A stretch of DNA of 64,000 bases, taken from NCBI GenBank assembly GCA_965649295.1, contig CBFGKH010000003.1, positions 128,001 through 192,000 on the forward strand, written 5' to 3'. A model generated the notes under the pieces. It had not been told where the DNA came from. It searched no databases and saw nothing but the letters and a program-made list of their open reading frames with translations. Numbering within the stretch: the stretch's first letter is position 1; each line of letters opens with the position of its first letter. Source of the DNA: a candidate division WOR-3 bacterium. GTDB lineage: Bacteria; Hydrothermota; Tepidihabitantia; Tepidihabitantales; Tepidihabitantaceae. Of the stretch, positions 1 to 9,410 are shown in pieces. The translations under genes were made by a program, and so were the position numbers.

Positions 1-106
1 GGGCTGGTGTTTCAAAGATGTCGAAGCGGATTATCCGGCGAGCGTTCTTCTTGGTACTGCGGCTACGACTGCAGCGCATCTTTAGCCACAGCTAGTCCCC
101 ACTTTG

Positions 107-134
107 TTGACAACCAACAGTCGGCGGCTACTCT
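107..134 (+). promoter_or_regulatory. sigma70-type promoter, leaderless configuration
   Basis: TTGACA-16nt-TACTCT, 7 nt before ATG 142. Confidence 0.65.
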
Positions 135-141
135 CGGTCAG

Positions 142-1731
142 ATGCTGATTCGCGCTGTCAACCTTACCAAGTCCTACGGCACTAAGACGGTGCTGAATTC
201 GGTGAGTCTCGCCATCCATCCCGGCGACAAAATCGGACTGGTTGGTCCCAACGGTTCAGGCAAGACAACGCTTCTGCGAATTCTCGTCCGCGAGCTGGAG
301 CCCGATGACGGCGAGCTACTTTTCTCCGGTGAACCCGAGATTGGCTACGTCCGCCAGACCATAACAACCGCAGAAGACGTTACGGTCCGGTCCGCCCTGC
401 TGGGGCCGATTGAGGGACTGGAAGAACACCTTGAGGAAGTCCGCGAGGAAATTGCCGAGGACCCCGAAGACGATGCGGCAATCGCCAAACTTGAGCTGCT
501 CGAAGAAGAGTTGACGAACCGCTTTGGCGCTGACTACCGCCACCGGGTTGAGAGGATTCTTGGTCAGCTCGGATTCGGCCGTGACCGACTCGACATCGCC
601 GTGCGCCAACTCTCGTCCGGCGAACGTGCCCGACTCGAATTAGCGCGCGTTCTGGTTACCAAACCTGATCTGCTCGTTCTCGACGAGCCGACAAACTTCC
701 TTGACATCTCCCAGCGCGAGTGGCTTGAGACTTTTGTCGAGGAGTTTCCGGGCGCGGTACTGGTAGTCTCAAACGACCGTTTCTTTCTGAACAACACTGT
801 CACCCGCATCCTCGAACTGCGAGGCGGCCGAGTCCGCGAATACGATGGCAGCTACGATGACTATGAAGCAGCACGCCAAGCCGAACAAGAGAAGCTTGCC
901 CGTGGCCACGCCGAGCCGACAAAAACGATTCACCGTTCCCGAACCGCAACCGCAGGGCGCAAGAAGACCAACACCGGTCAGGCTAACCTCGGAAGCCAGC
1001 ACGCCGACAAGCCCAGCATCGAGAAAAAGCCGCAGTCAGGCCTATCCGGCCCCAAGCTGCCTCACAAACGTGCGCTGTTGGTCAAAGGAGTAACCAAATC
1101 ATTCGGTAAGCGCCGGGTACTCGACGGAATAAGTTTCGAAATGAACACACACGAGCGGGTTGCCCTTATCGGGCCGGCTGGCTCAGGCAAGACCGTGCTA
1201 CTACGGACAGTTGTCGGCGAACTCAACCCTGATAAAGGTGAGACCAGAATCGGCTCCGGCCTGCGGATTGGCTACTTCCCTCAAGACCTTGGCACACTCG
1301 ACCTAAATAACACCGCGGTCGACGAAGTCCGCAAATCAGGATGTGACGACGAGACGGCACGCACCCTCCTCAACACACTGCTGCTAAACGAAGAACTGGC
1401 AGCAAAGCGGCTTCGACAGCTCTCAGCCGCTGAGCAATCCAAGGCACTGCTCGCCCGGATTCTCGCCAGCAACGCTGACCTGCTTATTCTTGACGAGCCG
1501 ACGAACCACCTCGACATTGAGGCACTGGTGGCATTCGAGCAGTTGCTGGCCGAGTTCCCGGGAGCGATTCTCATCACCACCCATGACCGGGCCATGCTCG
1601 ACAGGCTAGCGACGCGGATTGTTGAACTTAAGGACGGCAGGCTGACCGACTTCCGTGGCCGCTACGATCAATACCGCACGAAGCAGCAGACACCAACCAG
1701 GCCAAAGGCCCCTGCTCGCGACAGAATCTAG
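142..1731 (+). CDS. ABC-F family ATP-binding protein (two NBDs, partly degenerate motifs)
   Basis: Two Walker A (GPNGSGKT, GPAGSGKT), two LDEPTN Walker B motifs, no TM segments; start moved to ATG 142 behind a sigma70 promoter. Confidence 0.9.
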   Translation: MLIRAVNLTKSYGTKTVLNSVSLAIHPGDKIGLVGPNGSGKTTLLRILVRELEPDDGELLFSGEPEIGYVRQTITTAEDVTVRSALLGPIEGLEEHLEEVREEIAEDPEDDAAIAKLELLEEELTNRFGADYRHRVERILGQLGFGRDRLDIAVRQLSSGERARLELARVLVTKPDLLVLDEPTNFLDISQREWLETFVEEFPGAVLVVSNDRFFLNNTVTRILELRGGRVREYDGSYDDYEAARQAEQEKLARGHAEPTKTIHRSRTATAGRKKTNTGQANLGSQHADKPSIEKKPQSGLSGPKLPHKRALLVKGVTKSFGKRRVLDGISFEMNTHERVALIGPAGSGKTVLLRTVVGELNPDKGETRIGSGLRIGYFPQDLGTLDLNNTAVDEVRKSGCDDETARTLLNTLLLNEELAAKRLRQLSAAEQSKALLARILASNADLLILDEPTNHLDIEALVAFEQLLAEFPGAILITTHDRAMLDRLATRIVELKDGRLTDFRGRYDQYRTKQQTPTRPKAPARDRI

Positions 1732-1790
1732 TTCGACACCGCAAGCAGAACTACTGCCAAGCCCAGACCACTGATCTCCTTTCTAGTATC

Positions 1791-1977
1791 GCGAGCTCAG
1801 CGAGCAGCCAACTCCCCGTCCTTATCTTAAGGTAGGTGGCAGGCAATCAGCCTGCCACATAAGTTGCCAAGAAGGGGAGTTGCTCTGCGAGCTCGCGAGC
1901 AGTCAACTCCCCAACCTCATCTCAAGACAGGTGGCAGGCAATAGGCCTGCCACATCAGATGCCGAGGAGGGGAGTTG
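1791..1977. repeat. Two ~96-bp tandem palindromic units downstream of and overlapping the tRNA-Leu 3' end
   Basis: Units start at 1791 and 1887; both GCGAGC..CAACTCCCC..GTGGCAGGC-N5-GCCTGCCAC..GGGGAGTTG. Confidence 0.85.
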
Positions 1978-2043
1978 AACCCCTATGGGCGTGAGCCCAC
2001 TAAGTCCTGAGCCTAGCGCGTCTGCCATTTCCGCCACCTCGGC
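1960..2043 (-). tRNA. tRNA-Leu(CAG)
   Basis: Reverse complement GCCGAGGTGGCGGAAATGGCAGACGCGCTAGGCTCAGGACTTAG...GGTTCAACTCCCCTCCTCGGCA; long variable arm, anticodon CAG, CCA not encoded; upstream TTGACT-16-TATGCT. Confidence 0.95.
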
Positions 2044-2284
2044 AGCAAGGTCCAATTGTCGGCACCTAGCATAGCCGACACCGTTATCAAGTCAAGGTAG
2101 CCTTGGGTCGTTGTCGAGGCAACTGGGCTGCCTGAGGATAGCAATCTGGCCTGCGCCGCATAACAACTGCAGACAACCAGCCATCTGCACCTCTTTTGGG
2201 GTGCAAGGCCAGGTCTGGCCGATAGCCAATAACTCTAGCTCCTACAATTTGATAGCTGTCTTCGCGTTACAACCCCTCCCCCGT

Positions 2285-2512
2285 CCCCGGGGTTACCTCG
2301 CCCCCTGTTCCCAAAGCCACTGGCCGCTACCTGGGCCAAGGGCCTTGCCAACGAATTGCCGACTGGGTCTGAAGGAGGGTACCTCGTTCGGCTCGCGACT
2401 GAACCAGCAATCAGGTTCCCGGACCAACCCTAGTAGCTATCTTGGAACAGGCCTTCCGTCACGCTGCCGACAGGCCTTACAATGTCCTTTGGGCGGAACT
2501 CTGCAAACTGCA
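2285..2512. repeat. Degenerate 12-bp-periodic intergenic array
   Basis: 19 phased 12-mers: pyrimidine at position 1 in 17/19 and position 12 in 18/19, purine at position 6 in 16/19. Confidence 0.6.
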
Positions 2513-2723
2513 TTTCCCCCATGTCACCTAAAATCATTATCGGTCGGCTACTCGGACTGCATTCTTCTTGACTCGCCGTAGTCGGTAACTACAACATGCA
2601 GCGGGCACGGCTTGACTTGAACCCAGCCCGTTCTACGATGTTAGCAGCTAACTAACCAGTAACTGTGTTCGCCTACCACTACATTAACAATCTGCGGTCA
2701 ATGAACCGCAACAGGAGGTTTGT

Positions 2724-5700
2724 GTGAAGAAAATTGCTGTGCTATTGGCGGTGTTCGTGCTTGGCCTGGCTGGCGCCCGCGAATGGGTACCGCTCGCTGC
2801 CGGAGCACCGGAACGCACACCCGAGTTCCGTGTCATTTCTTCAAACCTGCAGCGCACAATTGTCGAACTCGAGCTGTCCGGATTCTATGTCGAACCAACA
2901 ACGATAGATGGACAAGTATTTCAGCGGCTTGAGCTAGGAATGACCGGTGGCGCTAGCCTGCGTGAGGTCGGCTCACCAGAACTACCGGCAGTGGCCCGAC
3001 TTATCCAGATTCCCGACGATAAGGAAGTTCACGTAAGAGTACTGGAAACAGAGGCCGTAAGCCTTTGGGGTTACGCTGTCTATCCTGCCCAGCCGCCGCT
3101 TCCCGAAAACGTCTCGTCGCTGCCATTCACGATTGACGCTAAGCGCTATTCCACGAACGAGCTCTATCCAACCGCCAGCTTCCGCGTGACCGAACCGATG
3201 ATTATGCGCGACGTGCGAGTCGTCCAGCTCGTGCTCCAGCCTGTTCAGACCAACCCGGTAACCGGCGAGCTAAAGGTAGCTCGCCGCTTGCGAGTTGAGC
3301 TGAGCTACAGCGGCCGTTCGAGCATCAACGTCCTCAACCGCACCAGAGTTGCCCACTCCCGGACGTTCGTGCCACTGTACAAACATTTTATCCCCAACTA
3401 TGATGGTCCGCCGGTCCGACCCGAGGACGGCTCCTACCTGATTATCGTCAACGATGCATTCGTCAGCGCAGTCCAGCCGTTTGCCGACTGGAAACGGCAG
3501 AAAGGCTGGCGCACTAAAGTCGTCACAATATCAGAAATCGGCGGCAACGACACCGCCCGCATCTGGGCCTACATCAACAATGCCTACCGGACTTGGCCCT
3601 ATCCGCCCGACCACGTGCTGCTCGTCGGCGATGCGCCCGAATACATCCGCTGCAACCGCTGGCCCGGCCACACTGACGCTTCCGACCTCTACTACTCACT
3701 CCATGCCGGTTCCGACATTCTTGCTGACCTGATGATTGCCCGTGTCAACGCTCGGACCCTGACTGAAGCCCAAACAATGCTGAACAAGCTGTACCGCTAT
3801 GAAAAGGAACCCTACCTCGGTAACACCCAGTGGTTCAACAAGGTCTGCGCTCTGGCCGCCTACGAATCGTCACAGCCCAACCGATTCTGGACAGTTGTCA
3901 TCCGCATCCGCAACTACGTTCTCGGCCGGCCTTTCGCTCAGTTCGATACTCTGTTCGAACGCTGGGGTCTGAACACTGCCCAACGGCTGACCGATTCACT
4001 CAATCAGGGTCGGTCCTGGATGTTGTATCGTGGCCACGGCGAGGAACAGGGTTGGGCCAACGTCAATCCATCCTGGTACAATGCCAATGTTGCCGCTCTG
4101 AACAACGCTGGGATGCCACCGGTGGTGATCGGACCAACCTGCCTATCCGGTGACTTTGACTATCCATCTGGCGACTGCCACGCTGAGGCTTGGCTCAAGG
4201 CCGGCACTCCCGAAATCAGCAAGGGTGGCTGCGGTTACTTCGGTTCATCCGAGGTCAGCTACTCCGGCTACAACGACTCGCTTGCTGCCGGCTCTTTCTT
4301 AGGCTATGTTGACAGCCTCCACTACGGCTTTGCTCAGAGCACCCAGTTCGGCAAGCTATTCATGCTTCGGGCCTACCCGCTCCCCGACCAGATTACCGAA
4401 GAGGAAATCTACATGTTCAACAACTTCGGCGACCCGGAACTGAACATGTGGTCCGCCACTCCGCGCACACTTTCGGTCAACTATCCGCCAACCGTGCTTA
4501 TCGGCTCGTTCCCATTCAGCGTCAGTGTCAACGCCAATGACGCACCGGTTGCCGGCGCGCTCGTCTGCGTGATGTCGCGGCAAGATACAACCATCTACCA
4601 TGTCGGCCACACTGATGCGTCCGGTCAGGTCAACTTCACAATCAACGCCACCCTGCCTGGTGACTCGCTGCTCGTTACCGTCACCGGCCGGAACCTTCTG
4701 CCGCATCTTGGGTCGGCACTGACGATTGCACCCAACTCGGCCTACGTCACCTACCTGCGCCATATCATCGACGACAGTGCTGGCAACAATGACGGCATCG
4801 TCAATCCCGGCGAAACCATCGAACTACCGGTATGGCTGAAGAACTGGGGCAGTCTCGCGGCCAGCAACGTGAGCGCAACGCTACGGTCGGCCGACCCCAA
4901 CGTCACGATAACCGACTCGATTAAGAACGTCGGGACAATCGCGCCTGGCGATTCGGCCTACACCGGCACCGACGGCTTCACCTTCACGCCGGCCCTGGCC
5001 TGCACAAATGGTTATGCCTTGCGGTTCACGCTTGAGGCTCGCGACGCGAACGACTCGATCTGGACGTCAACCATCACCATCTGGGTTGGTACGCCGATTG
5101 TATCATACGTCGGCAATGTCGTTGACGACCCGCCGCCGGGCGGCAATGGCAATGGCAAAATCGACCCGGGTGAGACTGCCAATCTGATTGTCACGCTCCG
5201 CAACTCTGGGCTTGGTCACGCCTACAATGTCAGCGCCGTGCTTCGCTCCGGCGATGCCCGGTTCGTTATCCAGGATTCGGTTGGAACACTGGGCACGATT
5301 CTGCGCGATTCAACTGGCACCAATGCCAGTCAACCATTTAGAGTCTTTGCCTCAGCCGCCATCCCCCGCGAAGTCACTATTCCCTGCACTCTGCTGGTAC
5401 GCGCCGATGGTGGTTACGAGCGGCGTCTGGCTTTCGGCATCATGATTGGCCAGATTCGTCAGGTTGACCCGATACCCGACTCCGGCGGAACAACCCAGCT
5501 CTACTGGGCCTACGATAACGCCGACTCATTCTATGTCCAGGCTCCGCGCTACTCTTGGTTCGATATCACCGGCCTTGGCACCCGACTGACACTGTCCGAC
5601 GACCAGACCGTACCAGTAAGCCTGCCGCCGGCATTTGGTCCGTTCCGGTTCTACAACCAGAACTACACCACTGTCTCGGTTTGCAGCAATGGTTGGCTTG

Positions 5701-6437
5701 GACTCGGGTCAACAACCACCTCAACCTACACCAACACCCGCCTGCCCAATACTTCCCTGCCCCCTGCTTTCTTCGGCTACTGGGATGACCTCTATCCCCC
5801 AACCGGCAACGGTGTCTGGTGGTACCACGATGCCGCTAATCACCGCTTCATCGTCCAATTTGACTCCGTGCCGCTCTACCGTGCTCGAACTAGCTTCCAG
5901 AAGTTTCAGATAATCCTCTACGACACAACTTTGGCAGCAGCCGATGGCAATTGCCAGGCAGTGATTCAGTATGCGATGGTAAACGACCCCAGCTCCTGCA
6001 CTGTCGGCGAACAGGACCACACCCGGACCGTCGCCATCCAGTGCCTGTTCGACGGCTCCTACCACCGCGGCGCAATGCCGCTTGCTGCCGGTCTTGCCAC
6101 CAAGTACTCAACCGATGCACCCTCAACCGGTGTGGCCGAGCCAGCTATCGGCCTAGCGCGAACCGTGCCACGAATGAGCATCCTGCCCAATCCGGTGCGC
6201 CAACGGACATTCGTGCATTTCAGCTTGCCCGCAACCGGACTGGTGCGGATAGCGGTGTATGACCGCTCTGGTCGTCAGCTCCACAAGCTGCTCGACGCCG
6301 AGGTCGAAGCCGGCGACCACCAAGTCGGCTGGGACGGCTGTGACAGCCAAGGAAGAAGACTCGCCCAGGGCGTCTATTTCGTTCGGCTCGAGACCAAGAC
6401 CTGTCAGCACTCGGTGAAGACGCTGCTCCTGCAGTAA
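2724..6437 (+). CDS. C25 family (gingipain-like) cysteine peptidase with propeptide, Ig-like repeats and FlgD/T9SS-type C-terminal domain
   Basis: Signal peptide, propeptide motif GSPELP, YLII..FADWKRQKG, VLLVGD, catalytic YRGHG and PTC, NNFGDP; C-terminal PNP..YD..G..WDG..GVYF; SD AGGAGG. Confidence 0.9.
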   Translation: MKKIAVLLAVFVLGLAGAREWVPLAAGAPERTPEFRVISSNLQRTIVELELSGFYVEPTTIDGQVFQRLELGMTGGASLREVGSPELPAVARLIQIPDDKEVHVRVLETEAVSLWGYAVYPAQPPLPENVSSLPFTIDAKRYSTNELYPTASFRVTEPMIMRDVRVVQLVLQPVQTNPVTGELKVARRLRVELSYSGRSSINVLNRTRVAHSRTFVPLYKHFIPNYDGPPVRPEDGSYLIIVNDAFVSAVQPFADWKRQKGWRTKVVTISEIGGNDTARIWAYINNAYRTWPYPPDHVLLVGDAPEYIRCNRWPGHTDASDLYYSLHAGSDILADLMIARVNARTLTEAQTMLNKLYRYEKEPYLGNTQWFNKVCALAAYESSQPNRFWTVVIRIRNYVLGRPFAQFDTLFERWGLNTAQRLTDSLNQGRSWMLYRGHGEEQGWANVNPSWYNANVAALNNAGMPPVVIGPTCLSGDFDYPSGDCHAEAWLKAGTPEISKGGCGYFGSSEVSYSGYNDSLAAGSFLGYVDSLHYGFAQSTQFGKLFMLRAYPLPDQITEEEIYMFNNFGDPELNMWSATPRTLSVNYPPTVLIGSFPFSVSVNANDAPVAGALVCVMSRQDTTIYHVGHTDASGQVNFTINATLPGDSLLVTVTGRNLLPHLGSALTIAPNSAYVTYLRHIIDDSAGNNDGIVNPGETIELPVWLKNWGSLAASNVSATLRSADPNVTITDSIKNVGTIAPGDSAYTGTDGFTFTPALACTNGYALRFTLEARDANDSIWTSTITIWVGTPIVSYVGNVVDDPPPGGNGNGKIDPGETANLIVTLRNSGLGHAYNVSAVLRSGDARFVIQDSVGTLGTILRDSTGTNASQPFRVFASAAIPREVTIPCTLLVRADGGYERRLAFGIMIGQIRQVDPIPDSGGTTQLYWAYDNADSFYVQAPRYSWFDITGLGTRLTLSDDQTVPVSLPPAFGPFRFYNQNYTTVSVCSNGWLGLGSTTTSTYTNTRLPNTSLPPAFFGYWDDLYPPTGNGVWWYHDAANHRFIVQFDSVPLYRARTSFQKFQIILYDTTLAAADGNCQAVIQYAMVNDPSSCTVGEQDHTRTVAIQCLFDGSYHRGAMPLAAGLATKYSTDAPSTGVAEPAIGLARTVPRMSILPNPVRQRTFVHFSLPATGLVRIAVYDRSGRQLHKLLDAEVEAGDHQVGWDGCDSQGRRLAQGVYFVRLETKTCQHSVKTLLLQ

Positions 6438-6460
6438 CTGGTCTGACCGATTCTCTCTCG

Positions 6461-6484
6461 CCGGGCGGGCTTCGGCCCGCCCGG
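6461..6484 (+). terminator. GC hairpin after the C25 gene
   Basis: CCGGGCGGGC-TTCG-GCCCGCCCGG; weak U-tract. Confidence 0.6.
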
Positions 6485-6498
6485 TACTATTCAATCGG

Positions 6499-6527
6499 TT
6501 GACAGACCGAAGGCGCCTGCCGATACT
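6499..6527 (+). promoter_or_regulatory. sigma70-type promoter, leaderless rimI
   Basis: TTGACA-17-GATACT-6nt-ATG 6534. Confidence 0.65.
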
Positions 6528-6533
6528 CCTGCC

Positions 6534-6968
6534 ATGGTGACAATCCGGCCAATGACCGAGGCCGACCTCGACCGGGTCCTCGAACTCGAACGCGCCATCT
6601 TCACCGAACCCTGGCGTCGCTCGTTCTTTCTCTCAGATATCAATCGGCCGGCCGGGCTCTGCATTGTTGCCGAAAAAGAAGGCACTGTTATTGGCTACGC
6701 GATAGCTTGGGGTGCCGAGGAGGTTCATCTGGCCAACCTGGCAGTGGCCGAGGATGCCCGCCGGCAGGGAGTTGGTAGCAAGTTGATTGCCGCGGTGCTC
6801 GACTTCGCCCGTCGGCGCGGCGCTCAGTCCATCTATCTTGAAGTCCGAGCATCAAACCACATTGCTCGCAAGTTCTATGCTGACCACGGTTTCGTCCCAA
6901 CCTACCTGCGCAAAGGCTACTATCAGAATGGCGAAGACGCCATAGTCATGGAGCGCGACACCGCCTAG
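6534..6968 (+). CDS. rimI: Ribosomal protein S18-alanine N-acetyltransferase (GNAT)
   Basis: NLAV..RRQGVG, YLEVRASN..A..FY..GF, RKGYY..EDAIVM. Confidence 0.9.
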   Translation: MVTIRPMTEADLDRVLELERAIFTEPWRRSFFLSDINRPAGLCIVAEKEGTVIGYAIAWGAEEVHLANLAVAEDARRQGVGSKLIAAVLDFARRRGAQSIYLEVRASNHIARKFYADHGFVPTYLRKGYYQNGEDAIVMERDTA

Positions 6969-7199
6969 ACCCAACAAGGCTGGCTACCTACGAGCACCGT
7001 GAACGTACCTGCTAGCTTAACAGCAATCGCGACATTCACTCATCACCCGCTCCCACAAGTCATGTGCGCTAGGAGCGGTATACCCGGTCAGCCGTCTCTA
7101 CGGTTCAACCCAAGACCGGCTTGTCACCGAGACCATCATGCTCTTCCATATGCTAGATACAAACTCTGTCAGCTTGGCCCCACAACAGGCTTACTTTGC

Positions 7200-7362
7200 T
7201 TGACAGTTCGGTATATCGGCCTAAAGTTCAGAATAGGTTAAGCTCGGCCGCGCTACGACGCGACCAGCAAAGAAGAACAGAGCTGACTCGCCCCGCGCCA
7301 TTCAGTTCGCGGTCCGCTGGCGTAGTGCGAGCGCAGGACCGGTGTAATGCCAAAAAGGAGGC
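7200..7362 (+). promoter_or_regulatory. sigma70 promoter and long structured 5' leader
   Basis: TTGACA-16-TAAAGT; CGCGCTACG (7249) pairs with CGTAGTGCG (7321); SD AGGAGG. Confidence 0.5.
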
Positions 7363-7367
7363 AGTAG

Positions 7368-9401
7368 ATGCAGGTCTTTGATAATCGGAGCGCCTTGGGC
7401 CGTCTTATGCTCGGTCCGGCCTTGGCGCTCGGCCTCGCGGCACTAGTGCTCGTGACCGGCTGTGGCAGAACTCCACCTGAACCATTCTGGGAGCCAACTG
7501 CTGCCGATTCAGCCGCCATCCGGGCGATTGTCGAGGCACGACGCAATCTCTTTACCACCGGGATGGCTGAACTGGCCACCGGCTGGATTAGCCCGGAGCT
7601 TCCCGGCACAACTGCCGTCCTTCTCCGGGAAGAGTTAATCAGCAACCCTTTCAAGCAGCGATTCCGGGCTGACTCGATGGAGCATATCTTCGATTCCCAG
7701 CCCTACTGGATATCGTTCATCGCGACGGTGATTGACTCATTCATGCTCGATTCGGCCCGGGCCGGCGGTGGTCGCGACACTTACTATCTTGCTGACACGA
7801 CCGCAACTGTGACAATTGTCGAGACCATACCTGGCCGGGTACGGTTCCACGCCTACGCGATGACGAAGTTCTTGCGTGACACCGGCATCACCAAGATTAC
7901 TGATTTTGCCACCGGCTATGCTGTCGGTGCTGCTGGCCGAGTTATCAAAACAACTGATGCTGGCGCGACTTGGCAACAAATCAGTACGCCGACTAACGCT
8001 GATCTGAACTCGGTCTGTTTCCCGCTCGACTACCTGTATGGCTACGCAGCTGGTTCTGGCGGCACGATTATCCGCACCACCGACGCCGGTCTCACCTGGC
8101 AGACCGCGGTCACCGGTACCAGCGAGAACCTGAACGCAATCTTCTTCCCTTTCACCCGGCACAAGGGTTTTGCGGTCGGTGACAATGGCACAATTCTCCG
8201 TTCGGTTGACTTCGGGGCTACGTGGAGTCCGCGGCCGTCTGGAACAACCGAACATCTCCGTTCGGTCGCTTTTCTTGCCAACACCCGGACTGGCATCGCC
8301 GTCGGAGACAACGGCACTGCTCTCCGGTCAGTTGACACCGCTAACGTAATTTGGACCGCTCGGCCTACTGGAACAACCGAACACCTCTATGGGGTGACCC
8401 TACTTGGTGACAACACTACCGCCTACGCGGTCGGGGCCAACGGCACGATTATCAAGTCAACCAACACCGGGTCAGATTGGACGACACTTACTTCCGGCAC
8501 GACCAATCACCTACGGGCCGTCACCTTCCCAACGCTTGCTATCGGCTATGTGGTTGGCGACAACGGCACGATTCTTAAGACAACGAACTCCGGTACTAGC
8601 TGGTTTACCCAGGTATCGAACACGACCTCACACCTGAGGGCCGTGCGGTTCCCAGAGAATCAGAAACGCGGCTGGGCTTTCGGCACGGACGGAACCGTAG
8701 TGGTAACAACTTCGGGGGGCGACACCTGGCGACCTATCGCCGTCGGTGGCTCAATCACGTCTGCTTGGTTCGGTGCTAAACGGGAGACTCTCGTCGTGCT
8801 ACCCTACTATGACTCCGTCTTCACCCACACCGACTCCTTCAATCCGCCCCTCCCGCCGGAGCGACATTACATCGAAAAGCCATTCAATGCGGTCACAACT
8901 AGCGGCTGTGTGTTGAAGCGTGAGAATGGTACCTGGCAGTTCTGGAAGATTAGCGGCGGCTCTCGTTTCTACGCACCGAATCCTGCTGATGCCCCATACA
9001 TCCTTCACGTCTATCTCTCTGGCTCCCAGGGTGTTGACACAATCTTCCTGCGACCGGGCGCCGGTCAGTTCGGAATTCAGCGGTTCTACGAGCTGGACGA
9101 ATTGCCGACGTTCCGAACCGGTGATTCACTACGCATCAGCGGTACCTACACGAATGTCGGCGACGCCGCCAATTACATTTACCTTGTCCGCGATACCCTT
9201 GATCCGCAGAACGGCCAGATTACTCGACAGTTCTACCGACGCATTGAGTTCGATCGAGGTCGGAACATCATTCGCTTCGACTCACTAATACCACCTGGCC
9301 TCTATCGGCTCTACATCGAGCATGTGCCGATCGCCACTTTCTGGGAAGTGGACGGCCGCTACACCGGTACAATCTGGGGCGTGCCGTTGCTGGTAAAGTA
9401 G
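7368..9401 (+). CDS. Lipoprotein with YCF48/BNR-type beta-propeller
   Basis: Lipobox LVTGC; seven repeats G.AVG.NG.I.KT.D.G.TW. Confidence 0.85.
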   Translation: MQVFDNRSALGRLMLGPALALGLAALVLVTGCGRTPPEPFWEPTAADSAAIRAIVEARRNLFTTGMAELATGWISPELPGTTAVLLREELISNPFKQRFRADSMEHIFDSQPYWISFIATVIDSFMLDSARAGGGRDTYYLADTTATVTIVETIPGRVRFHAYAMTKFLRDTGITKITDFATGYAVGAAGRVIKTTDAGATWQQISTPTNADLNSVCFPLDYLYGYAAGSGGTIIRTTDAGLTWQTAVTGTSENLNAIFFPFTRHKGFAVGDNGTILRSVDFGATWSPRPSGTTEHLRSVAFLANTRTGIAVGDNGTALRSVDTANVIWTARPTGTTEHLYGVTLLGDNTTAYAVGANGTIIKSTNTGSDWTTLTSGTTNHLRAVTFPTLAIGYVVGDNGTILKTTNSGTSWFTQVSNTTSHLRAVRFPENQKRGWAFGTDGTVVVTTSGGDTWRPIAVGGSITSAWFGAKRETLVVLPYYDSVFTHTDSFNPPLPPERHYIEKPFNAVTTSGCVLKRENGTWQFWKISGGSRFYAPNPADAPYILHVYLSGSQGVDTIFLRPGAGQFGIQRFYELDELPTFRTGDSLRISGTYTNVGDAANYIYLVRDTLDPQNGQITRQFYRRIEFDRGRNIIRFDSLIPPGLYRLYIEHVPIATFWEVDGRYTGTIWGVPLLVK

Positions 9402-9410
9402 GAGGAAGCA

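Noticed and set aside
1791..2043. Genomic island att site at tRNA-Leu
   Set aside because: The tRNA 3'-like copy is only 96 bp away, with no integrase or cargo
2111..2581. ORFs over the periodic arrays (also 22511-22897 and 41679-41927)
   Set aside because: No SD or recognisable domains; open frames are explicable by the repeat, and the 41856 array has in-frame stops
6969..7195. Another 12-bp array after rimI
   Set aside because: Phasing too weak to support by eye
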